The notes under the pieces are model-generated. The model had not been told where the DNA came from and did not search any database. It saw only the letters and a program-made list of their open reading frames with translations. Positions 37,370 to 50,900 of a DNA stretch of 64,000 nt are shown here, one piece after another. The stretch's first letter is position 1; each line of letters begins with the position of its first letter. Origin of the DNA: Squalus acanthias (taxonomy: Eukaryota); the NCBI GenBank assembly GCA_030390025.1, contig CM059432.1, positions 9,052,001 through 9,116,000 of the forward strand. The letters are read 5' to 3'. The position numbers were made by a program, and so were the translations under genes.

Positions 37370-39641
37370 TGTTGGAGCCAACTGCCCGAATCAATTCGAA
37401 GGCTTCATTCCCATGCCGTCCTTTGGCCACAAACGGTGGTACAACCACAGCTCGCGCTGGTGTCAGGAGGCCCTGCCGGCCCATGGGTAGGTCCTGGGAG
37501 GTGGGGGAGTCGAAGCGGTGCTTATTCAGGTGGATTGTCCTCTTCCCAGTGACATTCTGCATGCTCCAGGTCCTCAGATGGACACAGAAGAAGGAAGGAA
37601 CGGGCACAGAAATGCTATGCAGAGGCTGACGATTAGCATCACCCAGAGAGTGGTGAGAATGTGGAACTCGCTACCACAGGGAGTGGTTGAGGAGAATAAC
37701 ATAGATGCATTTAAGGGGAAGCTGAGGGAGAAAGGAATAGAAGATATGCTGATAGGGTGAGATGAAGTAGGGTGGGAGAAGGCTCATGTGGAGCATAAAC
37801 ACCGGCACGGACCAGTTGGGCTGAAAGGCCTGTTTCTGTGCTGGAAATTCTAGGTTGCCTGAATGTGCGATTGCTTGAAGAAGCAGGAAAGGTACAAGTG
37901 TAGGCAGACACCCTACTGAGCATGGCCTCCAGCCCCGTCATTGCTGAATCTCCCCGATGATATGGAGCGCTTCCTCCTCCGTCTGGCTGTGGGCCTGGCC
38001 CTCCCCCAGTTCTGGTCCCCTCCCGGTTATCGCTCCTCTGGCAGATACTGAGGGAGAGGGTTCAGTGCGAGGCGGTTGTAAAGGGTTGGCGCAGACGTGT
38101 GGGACCACTCCATACAGCGCGCGTGCCGGCAGGGGTGAAGCAGCAAGCTGTGAGCAGAATGAGGAGGCGGTCGTGCGTGCGAATGTGGAATAATGTGAAA
38201 GGAGTCAGCGGGGGATGGGGAAGCTTTCCTTTGCAATCAGGTGAAAGCAGACTGCTGTTAGTGCCTGCTGTCAGGGCAGCAGCAGGCGAGTGTGTGATTG
38301 GAATGAGAAGGAGAGCTGGCTGAGTGTCCACCTGTGACTGGAGAAGAGGTGTGTGGAACGGCAGAGAGAGGTGGAGGATGTGCTGTGGCCAGTTGTAATG
38401 CAACAACAACTTGCATTTGTACAGCGCCTTTAACGTCGTAAAACGCCCCAAGGCGCTTCACAGGAGCGATTATCAAACAAAATTTGACACCGAGCCACAG
38501 AAGGAGAAGTTAGGACAGGTGACCAAAAGTTTGGTCAAAGAGGGAGGTTTAAGAAGAAGCTTCAAGGAGGAAAGAGAGATATAGGGACGGAGAGGGTTAT
38601 GGAGGGAATTCCAGAGCTTGGGCCTAGGCAGCTGAAAGCACGGCCGTCAATGGTGGAGCGATTAAAATACGGGATGCGTAAGAGGCCAGACTCGGAGGAG
38701 TGCGGAGATCGCGGAGGGCTGTGGGGCTGGAGGAGTTTACAGAGATAGGAAGGGGCGAGGCCATGGAGGGATTTGAAAACAAGGGTGAGAATTTTAAAAT
38801 TGAGTGCAGAGAAACGGAGAAAGGAAAGAAGGGGAAAAAAGAAAGAAAGAACTTGCATTTATAGAGCGTCTTTCACCACCTCAGGACTCCCAAAAGCCAA
38901 TGAGGAACTTTTGAAGGGTTGTCACTGTTGTAACGTAGGAGACTCAGCAACCAATTTGCAAGCTCCCAGAAAGAGCAATGATAGAATGACCGGGTAATCC
39001 AGTTTTTTTTAGTGATGTTGGTTGAGGGATAAATATTGGGGCAGGACACTGGGGGAGAACTGCCCTGCACTGCTTCCAAAGAGTGCCATGGGATCTTTTA
39101 TGTCTAACCATGTGAAGGCAGACGAGGCTTCCGAAAGACGGAGCAGCTCATGCTCAGCCTCACTGTCCGGGTCAGGTCACTGAAGTCTTTGTGGCACTGA
39201 GCCCGACGTCCAGGGGGGGTGATGGGTGCGGTCCACCATCTCCCTCCAGGCCTGTTGCTGCAGTGTCTGTTTAGGCACCTTCCTGCCACGTGAGAGGGAG
39301 CGGTACCTGCCTGCGCCCCCTCGCCTGCTCCAACCAGCACCTGCACTGCTGCGTCGGAGAAGCCAGGTCCTGAGACATGCCAACGTACAGGAAGCTGCCA
39401 GCATCAGCAATGATTTGCAGTGAGTCGAATGGCAGCTCTCCTAAAGTGGCACATTTGCTCTTTCAATGGGCAGCGGGCCCACTGTTCATCCCACCCTCCG
39501 ACTGGGCAGGCTGCCTGTCGAGGAGTAGCCAGCTATTTTAATGAGGCCCAATCGTCAAACCGGTGTGGGCCTCCGTCAGGCGACATTAACCGGATGGATC
39601 GATCACCTCGCCTGCAAACCTCCCACCGATGAAATCAGCCC
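37370..39641 (-). pseudogene. Fragmented Harbinger Myb/SANT gene remnant, interrupted by CR1, L2 and SINE inserts
   Basis: Exon-1-like AWREMV...QCHKDFSDLTRTVR (~39160-39420); exon-2-like NREGTRTGGG...TEEEALHIIGE (~37945-38040); TIR-like end at ~39641. Confidence 0.6.
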
Positions 39642-39669
39642 TTGTCTATCTTTGGGGATCTCGATAACT

Positions 39670-40610
39670 CCCCTCCAGCCCTGCAACCCTCCGAGATCTC
39701 TGCGCTCCTCCCATTCTGCCCTCTTGCGCATCTCTGATTTCTATCGCTCCACCATTGGCGGCCGTGCCCTCAGCTAGCTAGGCCCTAAGCTCTGGAATTC
39801 CCTCCCTAAACCTCACCGCCTCTCTACCTCTCTCTCCTCCTTTAAAACGCTCCTTAAAACCTACCTTTTTGATCAAGCTTTAGGTCACCTGTCCTAATAT
39901 CTCCTTATGGGGCTCGGTGTCAAATTGTGTTTGATAATCACACATGTGAAGCACCTTGGGTCATTTTACTACGTTAAAGGCGCTATATAAATGCAAGTTG
40001 TTGTTGCTAATTTATTTGCCTTGCGCCCATTTGGCCTTTATAGGACCTCCATTTCCTTCTAACTAGCTTCTGAGTGTCTCCTGACGACAGCGTGGCTGAG
40101 ATCAGGGTATTGGACCCACATCACACCAGTTCCCGATGGTGCACTGATCTACTGTGCTGCCATGGTCAGTTGTGGCTCAGTGGGTAGCACTCTCACCACC
40201 TAGAGTCTGAAGGTTGTGGGTTCTAGTCCCACTCCACGAGACTTGACTGCAAACATCTAGGCTGACACTCCAGTGCAGTGCTGAGGAATTGCTGCACTGT
40301 CGGAGGTGCCGTCTTTCGGATGAGACGTTAAACCGAGGCCCCGTCTGCTCCCTCAGAGTGGACGTAAAAGGGTCCCATGGCCACTATTTCGAAGAAGAGC
40401 AGGAGAGTTCTCCATGGAGCCCTGGCCACTATTTATCACTAAAACAGATTATCCAGTCATTATCGCATTGCTGTTTGTGGGAGCTTGCTGTGCGCAACTT
40501 GGCTGCTGCGTTTCCCACATTACAACAGTGACTCCACTTCAAAAGTACTTAATTGGCTGTAAAGCGCTTTAGGACGTCATGAAAGCCGCGCGATAAATGC
40601 GTGTCTTTCA
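39670..40610 (+). mobile_element. L2 3' fragment (39670-40005) and Deu-SINE (40165-40610)
   Basis: Same diagnostic sequences as the other copies. Confidence 0.8.
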
Positions 40611-40944
40611 TTTACCAGGCTGGCTCATAAAACTAGATTTTGAAAAAAACATTTTTTAGACATAATTAATATTGTAGAATCTGTAAACATTAACAGCTGC
40701 TGACATGGGCGCATAGAGCAAATGGGATTTGTAAAAGAAATAGCTGCCCGCTTTGCACATAAAATCGCATTTATAATAATTAATAACTGATTTTACTTTG
40801 CACATAATATAAATGGCATTCATACAAAAACTCACTGTCACAGTAGGCCGAGCAAAATAAATAATTAAAATTATATTGACTGCGCTGTTGGCCGATATAT
40901 AAAGTGCTACTTTCCTGCTTCCTGCTCCATAGACCACACGCTTC

Positions 40945-41614
40945 GGCCCTGATTTTAACCTTCTGCGTCCAGCATAAACGGGGGCGCAGGGTGGAGTTAT
41001 GATGCCCACTGGCCTGATCCTCACTGGCCTCGTTCCGCACCCAATTTTAACAGGCGCACTCTGGCCGGCCTGCGAGGGCCTTGCGCTAAGCAGGCGAGGG
41101 CCACGTCGCCGTACAGACGTCAGGGTCCGATGGCGTCATTCGGACCCCGACTCGATTTTAACCGCTGCCAGCCTCGCCAGGAGCACCGGGCGCAAAGGGG
41201 CGGCAGGCTCAGACCAGGTTAAGTTACATTTATTTTTTTAAACGTTTTTCTTGTGGGCCGGGAGGAGCAGGAGTGCTTTTTCTTCCGGACCCCACATGGA
41301 AAACCAAGGGCCCCAGGCTTTCCCCCTCCCCCGAGCGCGATTGCCTACCCCTCCCCCACCACCCCCCCCCCCCCCCGACCACTTACCGGACGTCCAGGAT
41401 CCGCCACCGCAAGTCCTCGACCACAACCTCCTGACACGGACGCCTCGGTCCCGCCCGTCAGCCCGTCGCCGGGTTCGGGCGGGAGTCGGGCCTGGCCTAG
41501 TTAAATAAAGGCCGGGAGTTAAAATAGCCTGGGCCTCATGTCAGCGAGAGGGGGTGAGCTTGCTGCTCGCCCCACGCTCTCCCCCTCAACCCCACCCCCA
41601 GTTAAAAGCGGGGC
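40945..41614. mobile_element. GC-rich MITE, third family
   Basis: Imperfect TIRs GGCCCTGATTTTAAC / GTTAAAAGCGGGGC; internal ATTTTAAC and GTTAAAAT motifs. Confidence 0.6.
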
Positions 41615-42354
41615 TTTCGTTCAGCACAGCACTCTAATTGTTGCCCCTTGGGGACATGTGACTCCTGCTCAGGAGGCTGGTCGGGAGGAACAGCTGAAGG
41701 ATTTTTGGAAGTCTGCTCAGTGCTTTACGGCATCAGTTACAGCCTCAATACTTGATACACTGATCCCTCGCTGCCCATTTACTGCTGCCGCTTCTATCAT
41801 TATTATATACATCAAAATATCTTTTCTGCCCTATTTACAACAATTACATTGATTGGCGGATGTGCACATACCATTCAGCAAATTGGACGACAAAATATAA
41901 GGTGGCATTCGTCTTAAGAGCCACGTTGAGTGCGGGATGTCCTCACGTAAATTAATCCCCACCTTGCCCGAACTAATGATCGAACGAAGCTCCCAGGTTT
42001 ATTTTAGATGGGAGCTTTCTGTGCGCATTTTTCCCCGACCTCAGAAATGCCCCGTGATGTGAGGTTCGGCTTAGCTGATCTCTTGTCGTTTCCCTGGTGA
42101 GGCCCAATCGATTCATGCGCATCAATCGGGTGGATCCAATCGGAAGATTCAGGCTCAAATCGCAGGTTCTCACTGTTTTACTGCAAATAGTTTACGTGTT
42201 GTGCTAAAATGCAGCTTTTAAAATGTTTCTATTTTTAAAGGAACTTAATGGGGCGTGGCTGGGTGTCCTCTGTTGCGACTGTTTATTTTCCTGAAGGCAA
42301 TTTGCAATCACTGTTTCGTGATAAAGAGGAGGTTCCCTGCTGTGAGTGTATTCA

Positions 42355-42865
42355 AGAAAGAAAGACTTGCATTTATATAGCGCCTTTTTATGGCCTCAGG
42401 CCGTCCCAAAGCGCTTTACAGCCAATGAAGTACTTTTTGAAGTGTAGTCACTGTTGTAATGTAGGGAAACGCGGCAGCTAATTGGCTCACAGCAAGGTCC
42501 CACAAACAACAATGTGATAAATGACCAGACAACCTCGTTTCAGTGATGGTTGATGGATAAATATTGGCCAGGACACCGGGGAGAACTCCCCCTGCTCTTC
42601 TTCAAAATAGTGGCCGTGGGATCTTTTACAGCTACTTGAGAGGGCAGACGGGGCCTCGGTTTAACATCTCATCCAAAAGACGGCACCTCCGACAATGCAG
42701 CACTCCCTCAGTACCGCACTGGAGTGTCAGCATGGATTAACTGGCTTTATAAAGAAGGAAAGGCGTGCATTTATATAGCGCCGTTTACGACCTCCGGCCA
42801 TCCCAAAGCACGTTACAGCCAATGAAGTACTTTTGAAGTGTAGTCGCTGTTGTAATGTAGGAAAG
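42355..42865 (-). mobile_element. Deu-domain SINE copies
   Basis: Reverse-complement Deu core and duplicated tail. Confidence 0.8.
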
Positions 42866-43296
42866 TGCTGTTATCTGAGTAAGTGTTGTCGCAGGTTTGG
42901 GGTTGGTGTTGTAACAAGTTTTACTTAAAGCAAATGATACTGAGAATCCCATATTTAGTGCATTCCCATTGCCAAACTAATAGTCAAACAAAGTTCTTGC
43001 ATTTTTTAGATGAGAGTTTTTTGTGCGAATTTTCCCTATCCTCAGAAATGCCTTGTGATGTGAGGTTTGGGTTAACTGATCTTTCATGGGCCTTTACGCC
43101 AGGCGATGTTATTTATTTATTTAGCCCCGAGCTCCATTATTGGCACCAGGGGTTTTGCTGACATATCTGGAGGAAAAGGGGACCAAGAGAAGGATGCCAG
43201 GCAGGTCAGGCTGCCCGCAACTGCACCCCAACATCATCCGCAGAGAGAGGTAACATACCTTGATGCCTTCAAGAGAGTGTTGGACCAGTTCTTTTT

Positions 43297-43790
43297 TTAA
43301 ATTCGTTCATGGGATGTGGGCGTCGCTGGCAAGGCCAGCATTTATTGCCCATCCCTAATTTCCCCTCCAGAAGATGGTGGTGAGCCACCTTCTTGAACCT
43401 CTGCAGTCCTTGTGGTGAAGGTATTCCCTCAGTGCTGAGTTTTTCGTAGCGGTTTTGTTACAACTGAGTGACTTGCTCGGCCATTTCAGAGGGCAGTTAA
43501 GAGTCAACCACATTGCTGTGGGTCTGGAGTCACATATAGGCCAGGCCGGGTAAGGATGGCAGATTTCCTTCCCTAAAGGACATTAGTGAACCAGATAGGT
43601 TTTTACGACAATCTGATAGTTTCATGAATCACCATTACTGATACTAGCTTTTTAAAAAATTCCAGATTTATTTAATTAAATTAAAATTCCCCAGCTGCCA
43701 TGGTGGAATTTGAACTCACGTCTCAACTGGATTATTAGTCCAGGCCTCTGGAGCACTAGTCCAGTAACATAACCACTATGCTACCGCACC
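43297..43790 (-). mobile_element. tRNA-headed SINE with LINE-derived 3' tail
   Basis: Head GGTAGCATAGTGGTTATG...GAGTTCAAATTCC; tail shared with the LINE family of 983-1644. Confidence 0.75.
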
Positions 43791-43999
43791 CCTAGGGCAG
43801 AGATTGCATCATAGAAATTTATGACACAGAAGGAGTGTTTCTGCCTCTTCCACCCTTTCAGGCAGTGAGTTCCAGACCCCCACCACCCTCTGGGTGAAAA
43901 GATTTCTCCTCAACTCCCCTCTAATCCTTCTACCAATTACTGTAAAAAACATGAGAAGTCGCACAACACCAGGTTATAGTCCAACAGCTTTATTTGAAA

Positions 44000-44037
44000 T
44001 CACAAGCTTTCGGAGCGGCTGCTCCTTCGTCAGGTGA
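44000..44037 (-). ncRNA. Minimal hammerhead ribozyme of a second Penelope-type family
   Basis: tcac-CTGACGA-aGGAGCagccGCTCC-GAAA-GCTT-gtga. Confidence 0.75.
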
Positions 44038-44530
44038 AGTGAAGAAATACAAACGGGCACAGCATATATAGACAGAGAACAATGCCTGTGCAGAGAACAA
44101 TGCCAGATGACTACAGTTAATCTTTCTAACTGCCCTTTATCAAAAAACATAGAATAGAAGGTAAGTGTCTTTATACATAACATTTGGTCCATGTGATCTC
44201 CTGGAATAGTTTTGATCATCTGAGGAGTTTGCAGAGGAAACTTCCAGAAATTTTTTTTCCTTATTGGCCCTGGGTTTTTTCTGTTTTTTGTTTGCCTCAC
44301 CCAGGTGGGGGCGAGGGACATGGGAGGGAAGAAGTGTCGAGTCATGATGCTCTGTGACATCACCTGTTGCCGCGTGGCCCTTGATTGGCCTGCTAAGCCC
44401 GCTGGGCAGGCTCAGCAAGGTCAATCAAGTGAAAATACAGTGGGTTGGCCACAAGTCGATGGAGGCGGGACTACAACCCAAAAAGTGGGAGTCCCGCCTC
44501 CATCCCATCCCCAGTATCAAAATCCAGCCC

Positions 44531-44849
44531 TATGTTTCGACTTACAATTTCCCTGGACCGATCACCCAGAGATAAAGGAGTATGTATGAAAGTCAGACAG
44601 AAGCTTAGATGTTGTTAAAGAGGTACTTTTATGTACATATGAATTGTTAAGGGGGGTACTTTTACGTACATTTGAATTAATAAGATAATTCTTTGAATCT
44701 ATTGCCAAAAGTGCTTCTATTCTGTGCACCCTCGAATTTTGAACTATAGTGTGAATAAAGACCAATTTTATTGATCACATCCTTGTCTGTCATTGTTAAG
44801 CTAATTTGTAATTCTCGAGGTCCGAACATTAGTAAGAGAAAGACTTACA
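44531..44849 (+). repeat. 5' LTR, upstream ~455 bp missing
   Basis: Aligns to 54369-54708 at about 95% plus a ~21-bp indel; ends CTTACA; AATAAA at 44754. Confidence 0.92.
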
Positions 44850-44854
44850 TAAAT

Positions 44855-44872
44855 TGGCGACCACGAAGGGAC
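44855..44872 (+). other. Primer-binding site, tRNA-Arg
   Basis: TGGCGACCACGAAGGGAC, 5 nt after the LTR end; complementary to the 3' end of vertebrate tRNA-Arg(TCG) as I recall it. Confidence 0.85.
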
Positions 44873-44900
44873 CTTGAGGGGGGAAAGCATTTTTATAACA

Positions 44901-47900
44901 ATGCCGGACAAGAAAGTGAGAAGTATGGAGGATTTGGTAGCAAAATATATTAGTTCAAAATTTGATACAGATAAACAATGGGTTAGAGATATTGTGCAGA
45001 ACGATGACCCTGTACAAAAAGCAAAGGAATGGACGGAAGGTCTGTTTGGAAAGGTGCCATGGTATAAAGCGATATGGCTGTTAGCCTATCAAAGACAATT
45101 AGTTCAAAATAAGAAAGAGATTGAGCAACTGAAACAAAAGGCGAGCGACAGGGAAGCGGTGGTGAACCATTTGCTAAAAGATTTAGAGGAATTAAAAGAA
45201 CAGAGACAAGCTGAGAAAGTGAAAGGGGAAAGTAACATAGAATACTTGCAGTGTCGGGTGACGGAGTATTGGCGAAGAGCTGATGAATGGGAGAAAGAAA
45301 GCCATAAGCAACAGCGGCAGGCAGCCTCGGCTGAGGAAGAGTTAAGCAATGTAAAAACAGCATCTAAGGTGTTGCAGCAACAGAAAGCAGGAGAAGCTGA
45401 TCACACTAAATGCTGAAAGAAAATTGAGTGATTGAAAGCTCGTCTATCGGTAGAGAAGGGCATAATATGCTTAATGACCCCAGAGGAAGGGGATATCGAG
45501 GGGGAAGGAAAGTGGTCTGATGATGGGCCACAATACGGGGAATTGAGACCCCCGCCAGAAGTACCAGAACCCCCGGTCCCACCGCCAATGAATCCTATGA
45601 GGCAGCAGAAATTTGGTCCCCCTGCAGGAGCACAGAATAGAGGGGTGTTACAGAGTGATTTTACCAGACCGTATAACATAAGAACATAAGAAATAGGAGG
45701 AGTCGGCCATTCGGCCCTTCGAGCCTGCTCCGCCATTCAATGAGATCATGGCTGATCTTCTGCCTCAATTCCATTCACCGGCCCTATCGCCATATCCCTT
45801 GATGCCTTTACTAGTCAGAAATCTATTGACTTCTGTTTTGAATATACCCAATGACTGAGCCTCCACAGCCCTCTGGGGTAGAGAATTCCAAAGATTCACC
45901 ATACTCTGTATGAAGAAATTTCTTCTCATCTCTGTCCTGAATGGCCTACCCTTTATCCTGAGGCTGTGGCCTCTGGTTCTAGACTCCCCAGCCAAGGGAA
46001 ACATTCTCCCAGCATCCACCCTAGCAAGCCCTGTAATAATTTTGTATGCTTCAATGAGATCCCCTCTCATTCTTCTGAATTCAAGAGAATACAGGCCTAG
46101 TTTAATCAATCTCTTCTCATACGACAGTCCCGCCATCCCAGGAATCAATCTCGTGAACCTTTGTTGCACTCCCTCTATGGCAAGTATATCCTTCCTTAAG
46201 TAAGGAGACCAAAATTGTACACAGTACTCCAGGTGTGGTCTCACCAAGGCCCTATATAATTGGAGTAAGACCTCTTTACTCCTGTACTCAAATCCTCTTG
46301 TAATGAAGGCCAGCATACCATTTGCCTTCCGAATGGCTTGCTGCACCTGCACATTCACTTTCAGTGACTCATGTACAAGGATACCCAGGTCCCTTTGAGC
46401 ATCTGCATTCCCAATTCTTTCACCATTTAGGAAATACTCTGCCTTTCTGTTTTTTCTACCAAAGTGGATAACTTCACATTTATCCACATTATATTCCATC
46501 TGCCATGTTCTCGCCCACTCACTGAGCCTGTCGAGATCCCCTTGAAGCCTCTTCACATCCTCTTCACAACTGACACTGCCACCTAGCTTTGTATCATCAG
46601 CAAATTTGGAAATGTTACATTTAGTCCCCTCATCCAAATCATTGATATAGATTGTGAATAGCTGGGGTCCAAGCACCGATCCTTGCGGTACCCCACTAGT
46701 CACAGCCTGCCAACCTGAAAAAGACCCGTTTATCCCAACTCTTTGTTTTCTGTTTGTTAACCAATTCTCAAGCCATGCTAGTATATTACCCCCAATTCCA
46801 TGTGCCCTAATTTTGTTCACCACCTCTTGTGTGGGACCTTATCGAAGACCTTCTGAAAATCCAAATACACCACATCTACCGGTTCCCCTTTGTCTACTCC
46901 ACTAGTTACATCCTCAAAGAACTCCAATAGGTTTGTCAAACAGGACTTCCCTTTCATAAATCCATGTTGACTTTGCCCAATCTTACTATTAGTTTCTAAG
47001 TGCCCAGTTATTGCATCCTTTATAATAGATTCCAGCATTTTTACAACTACTGATGTGAGGCTAACAGGTCTGTAGTTCCCCGTTTTCTCTCTCCCTCCTT
47101 TCTTAAATAGCAGGGTTACATTTGCTATCCTCCAATCTGCAGGAACTGTTCTAGAATCTATAGAATTTTGGAAGATGACAACCAATGCGTCCACTATCCC
47201 AATGGCCACCTCTTTCAAAACCCTAGGATGTAGGTCATCTGGTCCTTGAGATTTATCGACTTTTAGTCCCATTAATTTTGCTAGTACTATTTTTTTACTA
47301 ATAATAATTCCTTTAAGTTCCTCATTCTCACCACACCCTTGGTTTTCTCGTATTTCTGGGAGGTTTTTTGTGTCTTCCGCCATGAAGACAGAAACAAAGT
47401 ATTTATTTAATTTCTCGGCCATTTCTTCATTCCCCATTATAAATTCTCCCGTCTCTGACTGTAAAGGACCTACATTTACCTTCACCACTCTTTTCCTTTT
47501 CACATACTTTTACAATCCGTTTTTATATTTTTCACTAGTTTGTGCTCATATTCTATTTTCCCTTTCTTTATCAACTTCCTGGTCCCCCTTTGCTGATTTC
47601 TGAAAAGATCCCAATCCTCAGGCTGACCGCTTTTTCTGGCAACTTTATAAGCTTCCTCCTTTGACTTAATACTAGTTTTAATTTATTTTGTTAGCCATAG
47701 TTGGATCACTTTTCCTTTTGGGTTTTTATGCCCTAGAGGAATATATGTTTGTTGCAAATTATGCATTATTTCCTTGAATGTTAGCCATTGTATGTCCACC
47801 TTCATACCTTTTAGTGTAGTCTCCCAATCTACCATGCCCAACTTGTCCCTCATACCCTTGTAGTTTCCTCTGTTTAGATTGAAGACCTTCGTTTCAGATT

Positions 47901-50900
47901 GGACTACATCATTCTCAAACTTAATATAAAATTCAATCATATTATGGTCACTTGTCCCTAAAGGCCCCTTTACCACAAGATTATTGATTAGCTCTTTCTC
48001 ATTACACTGTACCAGATCCAGAATAGCCTGTTCCCTGGTTGGTTCCTCCACATACTGATCCAGGAAACCATCTTGCATGCATTCCAAGAATTCGTCCTCC
48101 ACACCATTAGTGATAATTTGATTTGCCCAGTCAATATGTAGATTAAAGTCCCCCATGATTACCGTATTGCCCTTGCTACATGCACTTCTCATCTCTTGAT
48201 TGATACTGTGCCGTACATTACCACTACTGATTGGTGGCCTATACACAACTCCCACCAATGTTTTCCGCCCTTTGCTGTTTCTTAGCTCCACCCAAACTGA
48301 TTCCAGTTCTACATCATGATCTGCCAAGCCAAGATCTTTTATCTCTACCGTACCGATCTCATCCCTTATTAACAGCGCTACGCCACCTCCTTTTCCTTTT
48401 TGTCTGTCCTTCCTAAATGTTGAGTACCCTGGAACATTCAGTTCCCAGCTTTGGTTACCCTGCAACCATGTCTCTGTAATGGCAATTGCATCATACCCAT
48501 TTACTTCTATTAGTGCCATTAATTCATCCACCTTGTTGGGAATGCTACGTGCATTTAGATGAAGTGCCTTCAACTTTGCCTGTTTAATATTTTTCCGCAC
48601 TTTGACCCTCTTTACTGTTGGCCTTTGTTTCTGCTCCCTACTAGTTTTGCTGACTACTTTTCTAACTTTCACTTCCAGCTTTGTTTCTCTCTGTTCTGGG
48701 CCCACACTTAGGTTCCCAGCCCCCTGACAAACTAGTTTAAATCCTTCCCAACAGCACTAGCAAACCCCCCTGCAAGGATATTGGTCCCAGTTCTGCCGAG
48801 GTGTAACCCGTCCAGCTTGTACAGGTCCCACCTTCCCTAGAATTGATCTCAATGCCTCAGGAACGTAAATCCCTCCCTCCTACACCATCTCTCCAACCAT
48901 GCATTCATCTGGTCTATTCTCCTATTTCTGCTCTCGCTAGCATGTGACACTGGGAGTAATCCTGAGATTACCACCTTTGAGGTCCTGCTTTTTAATTTAT
49001 TTCCTAGCTCCCTATATTCTGCTTGCAGGACCTCGTCCCTCTTTCTACCTATGTCGTTGGTACTGATATGGACTACGACCTCTGGCTGTTCACCCTCCCC
49101 CTTCAGAATGTCCTGCAGCTGCTCAGTGACATCCTTGACCCTGGCACCAGGGAAGCAACATACCATCCTGGAGTCACGTCTGCAGCCACAGAAACATCTA
49201 TCTGTTCCCCTTACGATAGAATCCCCTATCACTATTGCTCTCCCACTCTTTTTCCTCCCCTCCTGTGCAGCTGAGCAACTCGTAGTGCCACGGACTTGGC
49301 TCTTGCTTCATTCCCCTGAGAAATCATCTCCCCTAGCAGTATCCAAAACGGAAAATCTGTTGGAGAGGGAGATGGACCCAGGGAACTCCTGCACTACCTT
49401 CCTAGTTCTTTTACTCTGTCTGGCAGTCACCCATTCCCTTTCTGCCTGTGTACACTTTACCTGTGGTGTGACCACCTCATTAAACGTGCTATCCACGAAG
49501 ATCTCAGCCTCATGGATGCTCCACAGTGACTCCAGCCGCAGCTCCAGCTCCGAAACGCGGATTTCGAGTAACTGCAGCTGGAGACACTTCCTGCACACAT
49601 ATTTGCCCTGGACACCGAAAGTGTCCCTGACTTCCCACATAGCACAGGAGGAGCACTCCATGCTGCCGAGCTGCCCTGCCATGTCCTACCCTTAATTTAC
49701 TCCCTTTACTTCCTCTAAATTAAAGAATATTAAATACACTGGGGACCTTACTTCACTTTACACACTACTTACTCTAAACTAGAGACCTTACTTTTACTTT
49801 AATGACTGGACTGTAGAAATACTCACCAGGTCCTACTTACCAATCAGCTCCTTCCCTGGTTGTGACGTCACTTTAGCGGTTTTGCAGTTGTTGTTGTTGT
49901 TTGACTGCCCCTGCTCTCGGACTCTTTCCTGGGTGTAAAGTAAGAACCAATTCCTACAGAGTGAAAAGTTAGGGAAAGCAAAGGCGAAGCAAGGGAGCTC
50001 CTCCTTCCACTCCTCACCCACCTAACTCCCTCACTCACCCAACTCTCTGCACTCTGTGCAAACCGCACTCAGTGTAGATCGCACTGCAAAGCCTGTTTTT
50101 ATAGGCCTAGTTTTCCTAATTAACTTCCTTCAGCTGCTCTGAATTATCCTCTGCCTTCTCCGGGGCTGCCGACTCCTTTCAGTGATCTTAGTGGTGTAAC
50201 ACGATGCAATTGAAAGAAATGGTGGGTGATTTAGGGAAACTAAAAATGGGAGATGACCCGACAATTATGTTTCAGGAAGTAGCAGCTGCGGCCTCGATAA
50301 ATGAGTGTGATGAATCAGAGCACATTAAGATGTTACTATTTACGCTGTCAATATTGGTCTAAAGTGGCTCACCAGCCAGCACAAAAAGGGGTGCAGGAAG
50401 TTAAAAACCAAATCACGATAGCATTAGGGTACGGATCAGGTAATCCATTCGAACAGGTGGGCAAAACTAAGCAAAGACCCGGGGAGAGTCCTGAAAGTTA
50501 TGCAGAAAGGTTGTGGCCAGTATATAACACGGCCTGTGGAGGGATACTTGTTAGAGCTAACCTTGCAGCAGGGCCCCTGAATCATTGGCTGTGAGCATTA
50601 ATCGCCAATAGCCTGCCAGATATTAGAGCAGTGACAGAAGCATGGTATGACCCGCAAGGCGACCAGGCTGAGGTACAGACCTTGCGGAAAATGACCTTAG
50701 AGAAAGACAGGAAGTAGAGGGGGGCCTAATTAAGTCAAGACAAAAGGATAAGGTGTGTGAGACAAGGGGATGGAAACAGGAAGGAGATTACCCCCCTACG
50801 GAGGATAAGTGATGCTTTAATTGTGGAGGAAAGGGACATTTTGTTAGAGACTGCAGAAGACCCAGGATAGATAGAAATGAAGAACCGATTACAGGGCCCA

